DNA of 64,000 nucleotides from Histomonas meleagridis 2922-C6/04-290x (taxonomy: Eukaryota; Protista; Parabasalia), in the NCBI GenBank assembly GCA_020184695.1, contig JAANOX010000098.1:62001-126000 (forward strand), read 5' to 3'. Under the pieces are notes generated by a model. That model was not told where the DNA came from and ran no database searches. It saw only the letters and a program-made list of their open reading frames with translations. The translations under genes were made by a program, and so were the position numbers. The stretch's first letter is position 1, and every line of letters starts with the position of its first letter. Positions 32,860 through 43,982 of the stretch are shown piece after piece.

Positions 32860-34413
32860 ATGAAAAAGAAGCAGTCAAAAGAGAAAAATAATGCAACATG
32901 CACTTCGCAAGAGGCTGACCGTATCTCTGCATCTATAGAAGCTTTATCAGAAATTCAGTCATCTTTTACTTCAAAAGATCCTATTGTAATAAACAAAAAT
33001 ATTTCCTTAATGATGCGACAAGCCTATATCCAACATGACTTATCTTTTTGTGTAAAATCATTGGTAAACTCTGTTTTGAATTTAGATTTGAAAACACAGT
33101 TTCATGCATTATCTGCTCTCTCTAGTTTAGCTCCATTGTCACCAAATATGCTTTCCATCATAGCCCCAACTCTATTAAGTTTCCTCAATGAACCCTTGAT
33201 TTTACCACGAGTTTTAAAGTTTTTTTCAACTTTAATCAATCAAAATTTATTTTCATATTGCAAAGGCAAAATTATAGAAATATCTCAAACAACAAATCAA
33301 TACCATAAGAAACTTTGTCTTCATTTGATGTACTCAGCATATCTTCATGATCAAACATTAATCAAACCACTTTTCAAAATTGCCAAAGCCTCAATTTTAG
33401 ATTTCCCTCTAAGCTCTTTATCTGTTATTCTTGAAATAACGAAAACGCATCCAAATCTTGTTCATCAAATTCAAGGCTTATTATTATCATTAATGAAATG
33501 TTGTGATTCTCTTTGCTACTACAAATTATGTCAAATATTCATTAATACCTTGGAGTTAGATGCCACAATTGTTGATAAACTACGAACTATTCTTTCAGAT
33601 CCATTATTCCAAGATTCAGATCATTTAATTCCATCAATTTTATTATTGTCCAAACTTCCTGATTCCCAAGCCTTAATTAATGTTTATGGTAAAACCCTTG
33701 AAAATTCGATTAATTCTTCGCAAAATCCGAATGAATATTATTCCATCATCACAGCCTTTTCTGCTCTTAAAGGCAAATACACCCCATCGGATCCTGATTG
33801 TCTAAAACTTCTAACATCTTCCAGCGACAACTTCATTCGCGTTTTGGCCCTCGAACAATTGGATTTGCCACTTTCCACTTTACGAACAACCGTCGGCTCA
33901 TTAATCTCTGATAAAACTGTAATAACGAGTCCAATACTTCTTGAGCAAGTCCTTAACATCGCTCCACAAGTTGGGTCATGGTACATTACTTTGTTATTTA
34001 ACATTCACGACATGAAAATTCCAGGAACAAATTCAATACTTCGGAGCACCCTAAAAACCGTCACCGATAGGCTGACAAAAGAACTTTTTATATCAGAAGT
34101 TAGAATTTATTTACAAGAACTACCAGATGATGACTTTGGTATTGGATTGGCAGAAATGATAGCTGAGGATTCTGATCAATTTAAGGATATTTATTCTTTG
34201 GTTCCTTTGAATATTGCTTCAAGATCGATCGAATTCCAAGTGGCAGCTCTTGATTTAACATTCGAATTCGTAATTCGAATGCAAAATCAAATCAAAAATG
34301 GAATAGTTAACAGATTGGAAAATTTGTGCTTCTCACACTCAAGAAAGGTAAGACAAAGAGCATCGGAGTTAATTTTCATTATCAACGAGCTTCAAACTTC
34401 GGTAAGTAATTAA
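32860..34413 (+). CDS. Adaptin large-subunit-like HEAT/solenoid protein
   Basis: 517-aa Leu/Ser-rich solenoid; end KVRQRASEL resembles the adaptin trunk terminus. Confidence 0.55.
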   Translation: MKKKQSKEKNNATCTSQEADRISASIEALSEIQSSFTSKDPIVINKNISLMMRQAYIQHDLSFCVKSLVNSVLNLDLKTQFHALSALSSLAPLSPNMLSIIAPTLLSFLNEPLILPRVLKFFSTLINQNLFSYCKGKIIEISQTTNQYHKKLCLHLMYSAYLHDQTLIKPLFKIAKASILDFPLSSLSVILEITKTHPNLVHQIQGLLLSLMKCCDSLCYYKLCQIFINTLELDATIVDKLRTILSDPLFQDSDHLIPSILLLSKLPDSQALINVYGKTLENSINSSQNPNEYYSIITAFSALKGKYTPSDPDCLKLLTSSSDNFIRVLALEQLDLPLSTLRTTVGSLISDKTVITSPILLEQVLNIAPQVGSWYITLLFNIHDMKIPGTNSILRSTLKTVTDRLTKELFISEVRIYLQELPDDDFGIGLAEMIAEDSDQFKDIYSLVPLNIASRSIEFQVAALDLTFEFVIRMQNQIKNGIVNRLENLCFSHSRKVRQRASELIFIINELQTSVSN

Positions 34414-34456
34414 AGTTTGTCATTAAACAGTTTTATAAATTCTTTTCTTGAACAAA

Positions 34457-34720
34457 TTATGGGCCAATTTTGAAATTAGTATCTTCGGGAACAATCTGTG
34501 AAATCTCAGCTTTAATCTTAGCAATGGAGTTTAGTCGTTGCGATATTTTACGGTGATATTCCTCTTCTTTATCAATTTCATCGTCAAGATCTTGTTGAAG
34601 TTGTAATAGTTTTTCCTTTAATTCCTTACATTCACTCATACTCCACTGTTCGACTTCTTTGATTTGATTCTGAGATCTCGCAATACTGCACAGTAATTCA
34701 GCTTTGTTTTCTTCTTCCAT
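34457..34720 (-). CDS. Small coiled-coil protein
   Basis: 87-aa ATG ORF with an AACGGCTG motif just upstream. Confidence 0.5.
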   Translation of the reverse strand: MEEENKAELLCSIARSQNQIKEVEQWSMSECKELKEKLLQLQQDLDDEIDKEEEYHRKISQRLNSIAKIKAEISQIVPEDTNFKIGP

Positions 34721-34799
34721 TTAAATTTGCAGCCGTTTAAGAATATACAAACAAACATAGTCAAATAGAAATATGTGAAAAATTGTTTTTTATTCATCT

Positions 34800-35027
34800 T
34801 TACAAGTCATACTTGGAGCACTTATTTCCGTGACATTTGCCGTTGTCTTGAGGTTCTTCTTCTTCTTGTGGTTTTGGTTTTCCACCTCTTCTCTGTGGGC
34901 GTCTTGTTGATTTTGGAAGTGGAGTTGAAACGGGTTCTTCAACTTCTTCTTGTTCAGGAGCTTTTTGTGCTTGTTCTGTTGGTTCAGTAGCAAAAGCTAA
35001 GGCAATTAAAGCCAATACAACAAACAT
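34800..35027 (-). CDS. Small secreted charged peptide precursor
   Basis: MFVVLALIALAFA signal-like sequence, E/P-rich, RR sites, C-terminal CHGNKC. Confidence 0.55.
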   Translation of the reverse strand: MFVVLALIALAFATEPTEQAQKAPEQEEVEEPVSTPLPKSTRRPQRRGGKPKPQEEEEPQDNGKCHGNKCSKYDL

Positions 35028-35333
35028 TTTTTGGTGTTTGACAAACGATATAAATTTGAGAGCGTTATATTTGGTCAGACGCATCACAACGTTTTATAAA
35101 CGGCTGATACAGTCAAACTGTGATTTTGATCGTCCTCGATAGAATTCATTTCAAAAAGTTAATTCTTCAACCAAATTTGAAATCAGTTGAAAAGACAATC
35201 AATAAAAACATTAATTTAATGGGAAACAAGTTAATTATAGCCTAATATGTTTACATGTTAGTAATCGTGCGTTTTACTCTCTTTTGTAACATTTTTCAAT
35301 TATTTAATTTTTATTTAAAAAACAACGCATAAA

Positions 35334-36380
35334 CTATGTACAGAACCAAAATCCCGAGGCAATCCTATTTAACACTTTACTTTTTAGTATTGGCCTCACT
35401 AACAATAAGAAATAAGCTAATACACAAAATGCAGCATACAAATTATTAGGCAATATTAGCCAAGCAATGAATGTTGCGATAGATATCATCATCAGCATAT
35501 ACGATTTCTTTGTGTTTTTCCATGCAAACCAATCTTCCATAAAAGAAAAGACATTTTTATTGCCTTCATTTTGTTCGTTTTGCTCTTCTTTTCTTCCTTT
35601 ATCAATGATCTTCCACCCATTGTACATTAATACAAAGAAAACAGCGATGCAAACTGATGGAAGAAATGGAATAAATGATTGAATGAGGGTTAATAATGAC
35701 AAAACAAGAAGAATACGAAACTTAAGATGAATACCAAAGTGTACGTGATTGGAATAATCCATCATATGTTTGAGTGGACCGGATATGGATGGAATGATTT
35801 GATCATTATTAACTCCGGATTCGGATGGTAGATCACTAATAAATTCAGGAATATGATCACACTCAGATAACTCAACTTCAATGGAGTTAAATGGAGTATC
35901 TTCTCTTTTGGCTCCAGAAAGTACTTCACAAATGGAATTTCGAAAGCGATTTTCATCTTTTCTGGATTCTTCAGATATAAATCTAAGTAAATTAAAGCAT
36001 TGAAATAAAGCAGTTGGTGAATGAAATTGAAAATTTGCTACTCCACCAACTGTATCTGTTATTGACATTGTGAAGTCGCTAGCGGTAGCTGAGAGATAAC
36101 GAAAGCAATCATAAGTCCCTTGAACAAGTTTGGGATGTGGAAATGTATCGTTTGGTAGAAAAACAATTCGTTTTGAGGTAATATAAAATACGCCTTGGAG
36201 AGATACTGTTCCTTCGCCTTCTTGATATAAAAGTGAAACATCATGAAATGATTCAATGGCTACTTCTTTACGGATATCTCCACCAAAAACAAGCACCACC
36301 TTTCGGAGCATGCTGTAATCAGAGAGATCCCACCTGAGCCAAACAGCTTCTGCTGAGCCTACTGAAGGAGCAGGAGGCAT
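35334..36380 (-). CDS. GRAM/PH-like domain membrane protein
   Basis: QGVFYITSKRIVF beta-strand motif; hydrophobic hairpins in the C-terminal third. Confidence 0.55.
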   Translation of the reverse strand: MPPAPSVGSAEAVWLRWDLSDYSMLRKVVLVFGGDIRKEVAIESFHDVSLLYQEGEGTVSLQGVFYITSKRIVFLPNDTFPHPKLVQGTYDCFRYLSATASDFTMSITDTVGGVANFQFHSPTALFQCFNLLRFISEESRKDENRFRNSICEVLSGAKREDTPFNSIEVELSECDHIPEFISDLPSESGVNNDQIIPSISGPLKHMMDYSNHVHFGIHLKFRILLVLSLLTLIQSFIPFLPSVCIAVFFVLMYNGWKIIDKGRKEEQNEQNEGNKNVFSFMEDWFAWKNTKKSYMLMMISIATFIAWLILPNNLYAAFCVLAYFLLLVRPILKSKVLNRIASGFWFCT

Positions 36381-36564
36381 TACTATGACAAATCATAGTT
36401 TAACACAAATATGATGGCAGCTTAAATTTTATTCAAAAATCAATTGATTAAATTGATCGTTTTGACGTTTTTGTGCCAATGTAAAGTATACAATTCATTT
36501 GTAATGAAATGCATTCAAAAATGATGTTCAAATTTGATGTGAAGATGAGAAATGATTTTCATTG

Positions 36565-37380
36565 ATGGAAAGTAATGAAGAGCTTAATGATCTCCACCAG
36601 CCATCCCCTAAGACAAGGCATTGTGTTGATGTTAAATTTTTCGCAAATAGCCATTGGTCCAAAGATGAAGATCATCTTCTTATTAAAGTCATGTCTAAAA
36701 AGCAAATAGGCCGTACCAGTTGGAACTCTATTTCACATATGTTTCCTGGAAAAGAAAATCAACAAATTGCCAATCGATGGAGAAATGTTATTAACCCAGA
36801 CATCAAAAAAGGTTCATGGACTCAAGAAGAAGATCAATTTATTCTTGATTGGGTAGAAACAAATGGCGCTCATCAATGGGACAAATGTGCATCAAAATTA
36901 GGCAAACGAGTTGGAAAACAATGTCGTGAAAGATGGTTAAATCATTTATGTGATGCATCACGCAACAACAGGAAATGGACTTTAGAAGATGATGAACAAC
37001 TTATTTCAATGCGAAACAAAGTTGGTAACAAATGGACATTCATTGCAAAAAGTTTAGGCAGAACGGAAAACCAAGTTAAGAATAGATGGTACTCCACATT
37101 ACAGAGAAGAATTTCTCGTATAGAAAATGGTTATTTACCCGATTTCAAAAGAGGCAGAAAGAAATCAACAAACATGACAAATTATGAAAGTATTAAAAGC
37201 ATCAGAAATGACTGTGAAATGTTTGAAATACCTGATGGAAACTATTGCATCAAGCAAGATAATGAAAATGAAATATTAATTGAAAACGATTTTATACAAG
37301 AAGCAAATAGCGTACAGCAAAATGGGCAAATAGGAACAAGTAATAACGACTTTGAGATGTTTTTGCAACCGGAAATATAA
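36565..37380 (+). CDS. Three-repeat Myb DNA-binding protein
   Basis: WSKDED, WTQEED and WTLEDD repeats; KQCRERW, NQVKNRW. Confidence 0.92.
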   Translation: MESNEELNDLHQPSPKTRHCVDVKFFANSHWSKDEDHLLIKVMSKKQIGRTSWNSISHMFPGKENQQIANRWRNVINPDIKKGSWTQEEDQFILDWVETNGAHQWDKCASKLGKRVGKQCRERWLNHLCDASRNNRKWTLEDDEQLISMRNKVGNKWTFIAKSLGRTENQVKNRWYSTLQRRISRIENGYLPDFKRGRKKSTNMTNYESIKSIRNDCEMFEIPDGNYCIKQDNENEILIENDFIQEANSVQQNGQIGTSNNDFEMFLQPEI

Positions 37381-37844
37381 ATGATTTTGTTGAAAAAAAT
37401 AAACAGATACAAAAAACTTCTTTTCACATCAAATTTCATTTTTGAGTTGTCCACATTCATTAAAATAGCTCTTTGTGTGCGCGATGCTTAATAATAGTTA
37501 AAAGAATGCATTTCAACAATTCCGAAGATATCAAAGTATTGTGAATAAACATAAAATTCTTGCATATAAGATGAAATTTTTTTTAATAAATGTGGATTAA
37601 ATAGCAGAACATAATGACATATAAAAATACTTTTTGATATATAATTCATTCATCAAATAAAAGAAATGTGCTTTTCTTTTCAATATTCATTTTCTCCAAT
37701 CTCACAACATCATTGTTAACTATCAATAGTTTTCTTATGCTTTATGCAAATCAGACATTTTACTAGAGAATTTGTAAAGTGAAAAAATTTTACCAGAAAA
37801 ATTCGCGCTCTTTAGTTGTTGTAATTGTGGCAAATGTTTATAGA

Positions 37845-37852
37845 AACCGTTT
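37845..37852 (+). promoter_or_regulatory. Myb-element-like core promoter motif (AACCGTTT)
   Basis: 7 nt upstream of ATG 37860. Confidence 0.5.
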
Positions 37853-37859
37853 ATAGCAA

Positions 37860-39848
37860 ATGGAAAAACTCTTCGACTCACATGACGCCATTCAAAAAAT
37901 AACTGGCTCCCCATTCGATGACTTCCCCAACGGGAATGTGCAAGTTCAACGATCTGGTGATTTAATCTTATGTCATTCTCTCATATTATATTATCTTGAT
38001 TACCAGCAAAAATCATGGGTATCAGTCGAAGAAACTCCCTTCCCTTATAGGAGAGGACAATCAATGACCGCTATTGACAATGGATTTGTTTTCTTTGGTG
38101 GTACAAATGAAAAAGGTGATTCTACAAATGAGCTTTGGATGTACAGAAATAAAATATGGGAACCATTCATTAATGATCTACCGGGTCGAAGATTCCATGC
38201 GGCAGTTTACATTCCAACTATATCATCAATTCTTTTTTCAGGCGGTATGAACAAAAACGACATTCTTAAGGATTTTGTTTTATTCAATGTCGAAACCATG
38301 CAACTTTCTAATATCGAATTTGACACGCCGATACAATTATTTCATCATTCAATGGTTTTTCTTAAAAACACAAAAATTTGTATCTTTGGAGGAATATGCG
38401 AAAATGCGTCTACTAGCACTGCGATATACATTCTTGATGTTGAAACACGTAATGTTTCAAAGATTGATTCATATCCTCCATTTGTAATTACTCATCCTCT
38501 TCACACTGTCGCTATTGAACGAATGCTTATAGTTTCCTCCAATTCCGACATATATGTTTATGATTTTGAATTTTCATCCTGGATGAAACTTGATTTTTCC
38601 TTCCTCCTCAAAAATGCGTATTACATTTTCCCCGATGAAAACGGGTTTACTGTTTTCGATCAGCGCCTTTTCTTCATATGCAAAGTTCACTTCAAAGACA
38701 TCAACAGTTTCAGAAACCGTTTAATAACCGCCAATGTTGACGATAACTTTTATAAAATTAATGAAGTTCGTCAAGTTAAAAAGCTTGAGATGCTCCTTAA
38801 TATGCATGAAGAGTTATTAAATGAGCTCAAAAGTTCAATTGAAAACTCATCTTTATCTAAGTCAATTGGTCAAAAAGCATATGACATTTTAGAAGCACAA
38901 AAAGCTTTCGTTCAGCTTAAAACATTCCAATTTAAGGTTGAGAAGATGCCCAGCCCAAGAGCAATCAATCCAAAACAACCACCAATCACAGATCCTTCAC
39001 AAAACTCAATTCAAGAATCACTTAAACAACTTGAAGCTGCACGTAACGAAAGGATGGAATCCAGCAACAAGTACAAACGTTTCATTACAAATCCATCTGA
39101 AAATATCATCAACTCAAATAATTATCAAGTACATTTTGCTCCCCAAGAACTTCTTCGTTTATCAAAAGAACCAATGGAATTCTTAATAGACCAATCCAAA
39201 GATATTTCTGATTTAATCATTTCTCAAATTGAGGAAATCAAAACATTAAATGTCGAACTTCAAAACGTAAAGAAAAATTCTGGCAAATATTATAATTCTT
39301 TGGAACAAGTTACACAAGAACTCAACAAATATATGCTTCAATATCAAGAAGTTTTAGACGAAAATTCTGAGTGTTATAACAGTTTTATCAATTCAAAAAT
39401 TCAATTGAATCAAGACAACTTAGAAAAAGTGATAAACAATAAAAGCCGATCAAAACTGCCAGAAATTGTGAAAAAATATGCCGCTGCAAAAGTGGAGAAT
39501 AAACGGCTGATGGGGCACCTCAAAAAGAGCAAAAGTTTCAAAGAAGAAAATTTGACAAAACTTGAGACAGAATTAAAATCTATATCTGGTAGAGGTACTA
39601 GCTTATTGTTTTCGGACTCTGAAATTATGTGTAAAAGAGCAATTGAGGCAATTACAGACATTTCAAATTGGATTAAAGAAAGTACTAATTTAATCGAAGA
39701 GCTTGGAACAGAAAAATCAAAGGGTCATGGCAAACACAAATCAGAAAGAAAATCATCGCAGAAAAAAGAATCATTAAAATGGAAAGACATGGTCGATGAC
39801 ATTTTAGATACTTTTAATCAGTTTGAAAAAAGAGGATTAACAAATTAA
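37860..39848 (+). CDS. Kelch-repeat protein with C-terminal coiled coil
   Basis: RRGQSM...FVFFGG, RRFHAAV...LFSGG, HHSMV...CIFGG. Confidence 0.7.
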   Translation: MEKLFDSHDAIQKITGSPFDDFPNGNVQVQRSGDLILCHSLILYYLDYQQKSWVSVEETPFPYRRGQSMTAIDNGFVFFGGTNEKGDSTNELWMYRNKIWEPFINDLPGRRFHAAVYIPTISSILFSGGMNKNDILKDFVLFNVETMQLSNIEFDTPIQLFHHSMVFLKNTKICIFGGICENASTSTAIYILDVETRNVSKIDSYPPFVITHPLHTVAIERMLIVSSNSDIYVYDFEFSSWMKLDFSFLLKNAYYIFPDENGFTVFDQRLFFICKVHFKDINSFRNRLITANVDDNFYKINEVRQVKKLEMLLNMHEELLNELKSSIENSSLSKSIGQKAYDILEAQKAFVQLKTFQFKVEKMPSPRAINPKQPPITDPSQNSIQESLKQLEAARNERMESSNKYKRFITNPSENIINSNNYQVHFAPQELLRLSKEPMEFLIDQSKDISDLIISQIEEIKTLNVELQNVKKNSGKYYNSLEQVTQELNKYMLQYQEVLDENSECYNSFINSKIQLNQDNLEKVINNKSRSKLPEIVKKYAAAKVENKRLMGHLKKSKSFKEENLTKLETELKSISGRGTSLLFSDSEIMCKRAIEAITDISNWIKESTNLIEELGTEKSKGHGKHKSERKSSQKKESLKWKDMVDDILDTFNQFEKRGLTN

Positions 39849-39885
39849 ATAAACAAGAGTGGATAAATTGATCAATTATTATGTG

Positions 39886-40257
39886 CTAATTTTCATTTTG
39901 ATTTTCATCATCTGTTTTGTTTTCTTCTTTGTCCGACTCTTTGCTTTCTGCTTTAATCACTTGGTCTTCTTGAGTGTATGGAACTTCTGTATCTGGTGAT
40001 TTATAAATAACAAAAAATAAACATCCTATCGAAAAATAAGCACATTTGAGTATTTCATGTCCAACATAAGCACCAAATGATTGCCCTACAATCACGTGCC
40101 ATGATGGTTCATACTTTAGATCAAATTCTTTCTTCATAAATTCCGCAACTTCTTCTTCATTTTTAAAATTATGTAGAGCATACATAGCGCAATTAACGCA
40201 CTCTTGTAAAAGCCAGTCCTCCATATCACGTTCGATTATTTTTGCGCATGCTTTCAT
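39886..40257 (-). CDS. Dynein light chain LC8-family protein with acidic tail
   Basis: VAEFMKKEFDLKYEPSWHVIVGQSFGAYVGHE. Confidence 0.88.
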   Translation of the reverse strand: MKACAKIIERDMEDWLLQECVNCAMYALHNFKNEEEVAEFMKKEFDLKYEPSWHVIVGQSFGAYVGHEILKCAYFSIGCLFFVIYKSPDTEVPYTQEDQVIKAESKESDKEENKTDDENQNEN

Positions 40258-40433
40258 GTAATAACGTATGAAGACCGTTAGTACTCATTTTGAAAAATTA
40301 CGAAATCAAAACTGGAAAAAATTTTTTTGCAGACATGCTTGCCATATATTTAGAATTTTAAATGGCAGTGAAAGAATTTAGAATTATCTCTTGAATAAAA
40401 ACATTTAAATTTAAATCAAATTTTTATGATAAT

Positions 40434-43056
40434 CTAATCTTTTGAGTTTGTTAATAATTTTTTTCCAATTAACTCAACAATTTCTTTTTGATTTTGATCA
40501 ACATAATCAAGAGCTGTTTTAAATAATGAAAATAATTTCCAAATATTATTTTGATACTTCATTTTAATGAAATACATATTTTATAAAACAAATAAATATC
40601 TTTAACATTAACATCAATTCCTTTTTGTTCAAGAAGTAATTTAACTGTTTCTATATTGTTGTTAACTGTTGCACAAATAAGTGCTGTCCAATATAATTTG
40701 AAAGATTTCCATATATTAATTTGAAATTTCGATTTATTGAAATATATATTAAATAAAATGAATAAACATTTTTAGCATTAATATCAATGCCCTTTTGATT
40801 AAGAAGTAATTTAACCATTTCGATATGATTATGTATAGATGCACTCATAAGTGCTGTTACAAATAATTTATATAATTTCCAAATATTATTTTGAAATATC
40901 TAATTTTAAAAATATACATTAAATGAAATGAATAAATATCCTTGGCATTAATATCTATGCCCTCTTGCTCAAGAAGTAGCTTAAATATTTCTGTTTTATT
41001 ACGAGATGCCCACATAAGTGCTGTTTCAAATAATTTAAATGAATTCCAAATTTCACTTTGAAATCCGAAATTATTTTACTAAAACATAAATAAAACACTT
41101 TAATATTTTTAACGTTAATATCAATTCCTTTGTGTTTAAGAAGTAATTTAACAACTTCTTCTTTACCATCATTAGTTGCTTCCATAAGAGCTGTATAAAA
41201 TGTTTTGAACAATTTCCAAATTTTATTTTTAAATCCGAAATTTCTTGGCTAAATTATAAATCAAACATTTAAATATCTTCAACATTTACATCGATTCCTT
41301 TTTGTTCAAGAAGTAATTGAACTATTTCTGTATAACCATTATGAGATGCTTCCATAAGTGCTGTTTCAAATAAATAAAATAATTTCTAAATATTATTTTG
41401 ATTTATCAAATTATTAAAATAAAATTCAAATAAAACGAATAAATATTTTTAGCATTAATGTCAATTCCTTCATGTTTAAGAAGCAATTTTATTATTTCTT
41501 TGTAACCAAGTTGAGATGCACAAATAAGTGCTGTTTCAAACAATTTAAATAATTTTCAAATATCATTTTAAAATAGAAAATCATAGAAACAAATATCATA
41601 TCAACAAAATAAATATTTTTAGCATTAACATCAATTCCTTTTTGTTCAAGAAGTAATTGAACTATTTCTGTATGACCACGATAAGATGCTTTCAGAAGTG
41701 CTGTTTCAAATAATTTAAATAATTTCCAAATATTATTTTGAAATATTAAATTATTCAAATAAATATCAAATAAAACAAATAAATGTCTTTAGCGTTAATA
41801 TCAATTCCTTCTTGTTCTAAAAAATATTTGACCATTTCAATATTATCTGAAGAAATTACTAATATATCTTTTGGAAGTTCAAGGAATGAAAGAAAATGTT
41901 TAACAAGAAATATATTTCCGATTCTTGCTGATTCTTTAATAATTTCTTCATTTATATCCATTCCTTTTTCATGCAAAAATGTAAAAATTTCATAATTATG
42001 AAATGTAACACAAACAATTCCTAATTCTTCTAAATCATTAATTTCACCAATTTTATTTTCATACATATACTTAAAGATCTTATTTCTATGGAATTCAATT
42101 GCTGCTTCATATGCATCTTTAAATGTTGAATGATTTTGTTCACATAAATGAATGATTTCTTCATTTCCACCTGCAACAGCATATTTACCTGTATTTGTTA
42201 CATCCGCATCATTCATAAGTAAATATTTAAAACATTTTACTGCTGAAAAAAATGCTGCATAATCTATTAATGAAACACTTTCTTCATCAAAAAATAAATT
42301 ATTATCTTTGTTAACAAATGAACATCTTTCATAAAGAGATTGTTTGATTGCTTGATTATAATCAAAATCATTTTGTGATGATATTTCTTGAAGTTTTTCT
42401 ATTTCATCATTTCGGATTATTTTCGCAATTTCATTCGGATTATGTCCTTCTTCAATTAGTTTCTTATGAAGCTCCCAATTGTTCTTTGATAGTTCTTCGA
42501 AATTATCAAAAATCTCTTGTGACATTAAATATTTTTTTATATTTTCAATTTCCTTATCAGACATATAATGTACAAAATATGGATCCTCATCATCAACAGA
42601 ATCATATTCTAGGAATTTGCGGTTAATCATTTTTGCTTGAAGATAAAATGATTCTTGTGGAAAATTTTCAAAATAAACTTTCTTAAATACTTTAAATATT
42701 TTTGATTTACATTTATTTTTTTCTTCGAAGGTATCAATTTCTTTTAATAAATACAAATATATATCAGCATCTTTTATCCTGTTTAGAAATGATACATATA
42801 TCATTTGACTGACTATTTGATTAAAGGATTCTGGATATAATTCATCAAATTTAGATATTATTGAGTTTGCTGATTGAACAATATTTTCTTGATTCAAATC
42901 AAATATAGCATGTTTGATTGAAAGAAGCTTTTCCCATTCATCTCCTCCTTTTTTATTAGTGTTTTGGTTATTTGTTTTTCCCATACAGAAAGTATTTGTC
43001 ATAAAATTGTTTCGAATTATATAGTTTATTTTTAAACTGACATGCCGAGTACTCAA
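40434..43056 (-). CDS. DUF3447-ankyrin repeat gene; ankyrin array interrupted by 8 spacers
   Basis: ORF 41755..43056 (start may be ATG 43002), seven stop-free ankyrin modules, terminal TALDYVDQNQKEIVELI...KD*. Confidence 0.8.
40518..41784 (-). other. Ankyrin-interrupting spacer elements, array 2 (all 80 nt)
   Basis: 41705-41784, 41535-41614, 41365-41444, 41195-41274, 41025-41104, 40858-40937, 40688-40767, 40518-40597. Confidence 0.88.
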
Positions 43057-43982
43057 TCATTTCAACTAGAATTTTTAGTTGCGGAGAAATTCTCTAGTTA
43101 GGTAGATGATTTTTGCAGCATTCAAATTTTTATGTTTTTGAAAATAAACTATATATATGGTAATTTGAAAATTTTCAATCAATTTATAATATCTCATGAA
43201 AACTTGTCAAAAAAATATTTGTTTCCATTTATTAATTATAAATGTGTTTGTCTTTTTAAATTTTCTTTTGTTTTCGACTATATCCTCTCTACATTGATCT
43301 GGATTTGCAAATTTTTATGATGAACAAAATTATTCTAAAATAAGAACGACCAAAGATTACTTTGATGTGAAATTGTTAAAATTAATTTCAAAATATACAA
43401 ATATACATCATATGTATTGCAGTTGTAGAAAAATATGCTTTGGAAACGATCAGACAAATCATGAAAAAGTGAGAAATTGGGAGATTTACACAAAATTGCT
43501 AAATTGAAAAGTGACTATTTTTGTTCTACGGTAGTACGTTAAAAACGAAGCTTTTACAGAGGTTTCCGACAAAAATTTTCGCAAATTTATTGTTAAATAT
43601 TTAATCGTCTTATTTTTTAAAAAAATTGTACGTCTTGAAACCGTTTAAATTTTTCATTATAGTTGCTAAGTAAATTTTTATGATGCAAAGCAAAACCAAG
43701 TGTTGCTTTATAACTTACAGTAATATTGTAATCTAAAATTTCTGATTTGATCTCATTGGTTTGAATTTTTGCTAGTGTTAATTTTATGCGTTTTATGATG
43801 ATTTTTTTGATATAAGACACATATGCTGCCTAAATGAAAAGGCTCTCAACATGTTTCAAAAAAAAATTTCTAATAAAAATTAAAGTATATGAAATATAAA
43901 TTTTTATAAATTAAACGCATTTTTGATTACATAATTTTTTATAACATCTAGATTCTTTGAGTTAAATTTCTTTTTCGATTTT

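Noticed and set aside
40518-41784. Ankyrin spacers as ordinary GT-AG introns (AAAG|GTATTT...AAACAG|CA)
   Set aside because: GT is present in only a minority of copies (most have AT), there is no CTAAC branch point, several copies lack AG, and the join would delete the conserved D-xxxx-T of each repeat.
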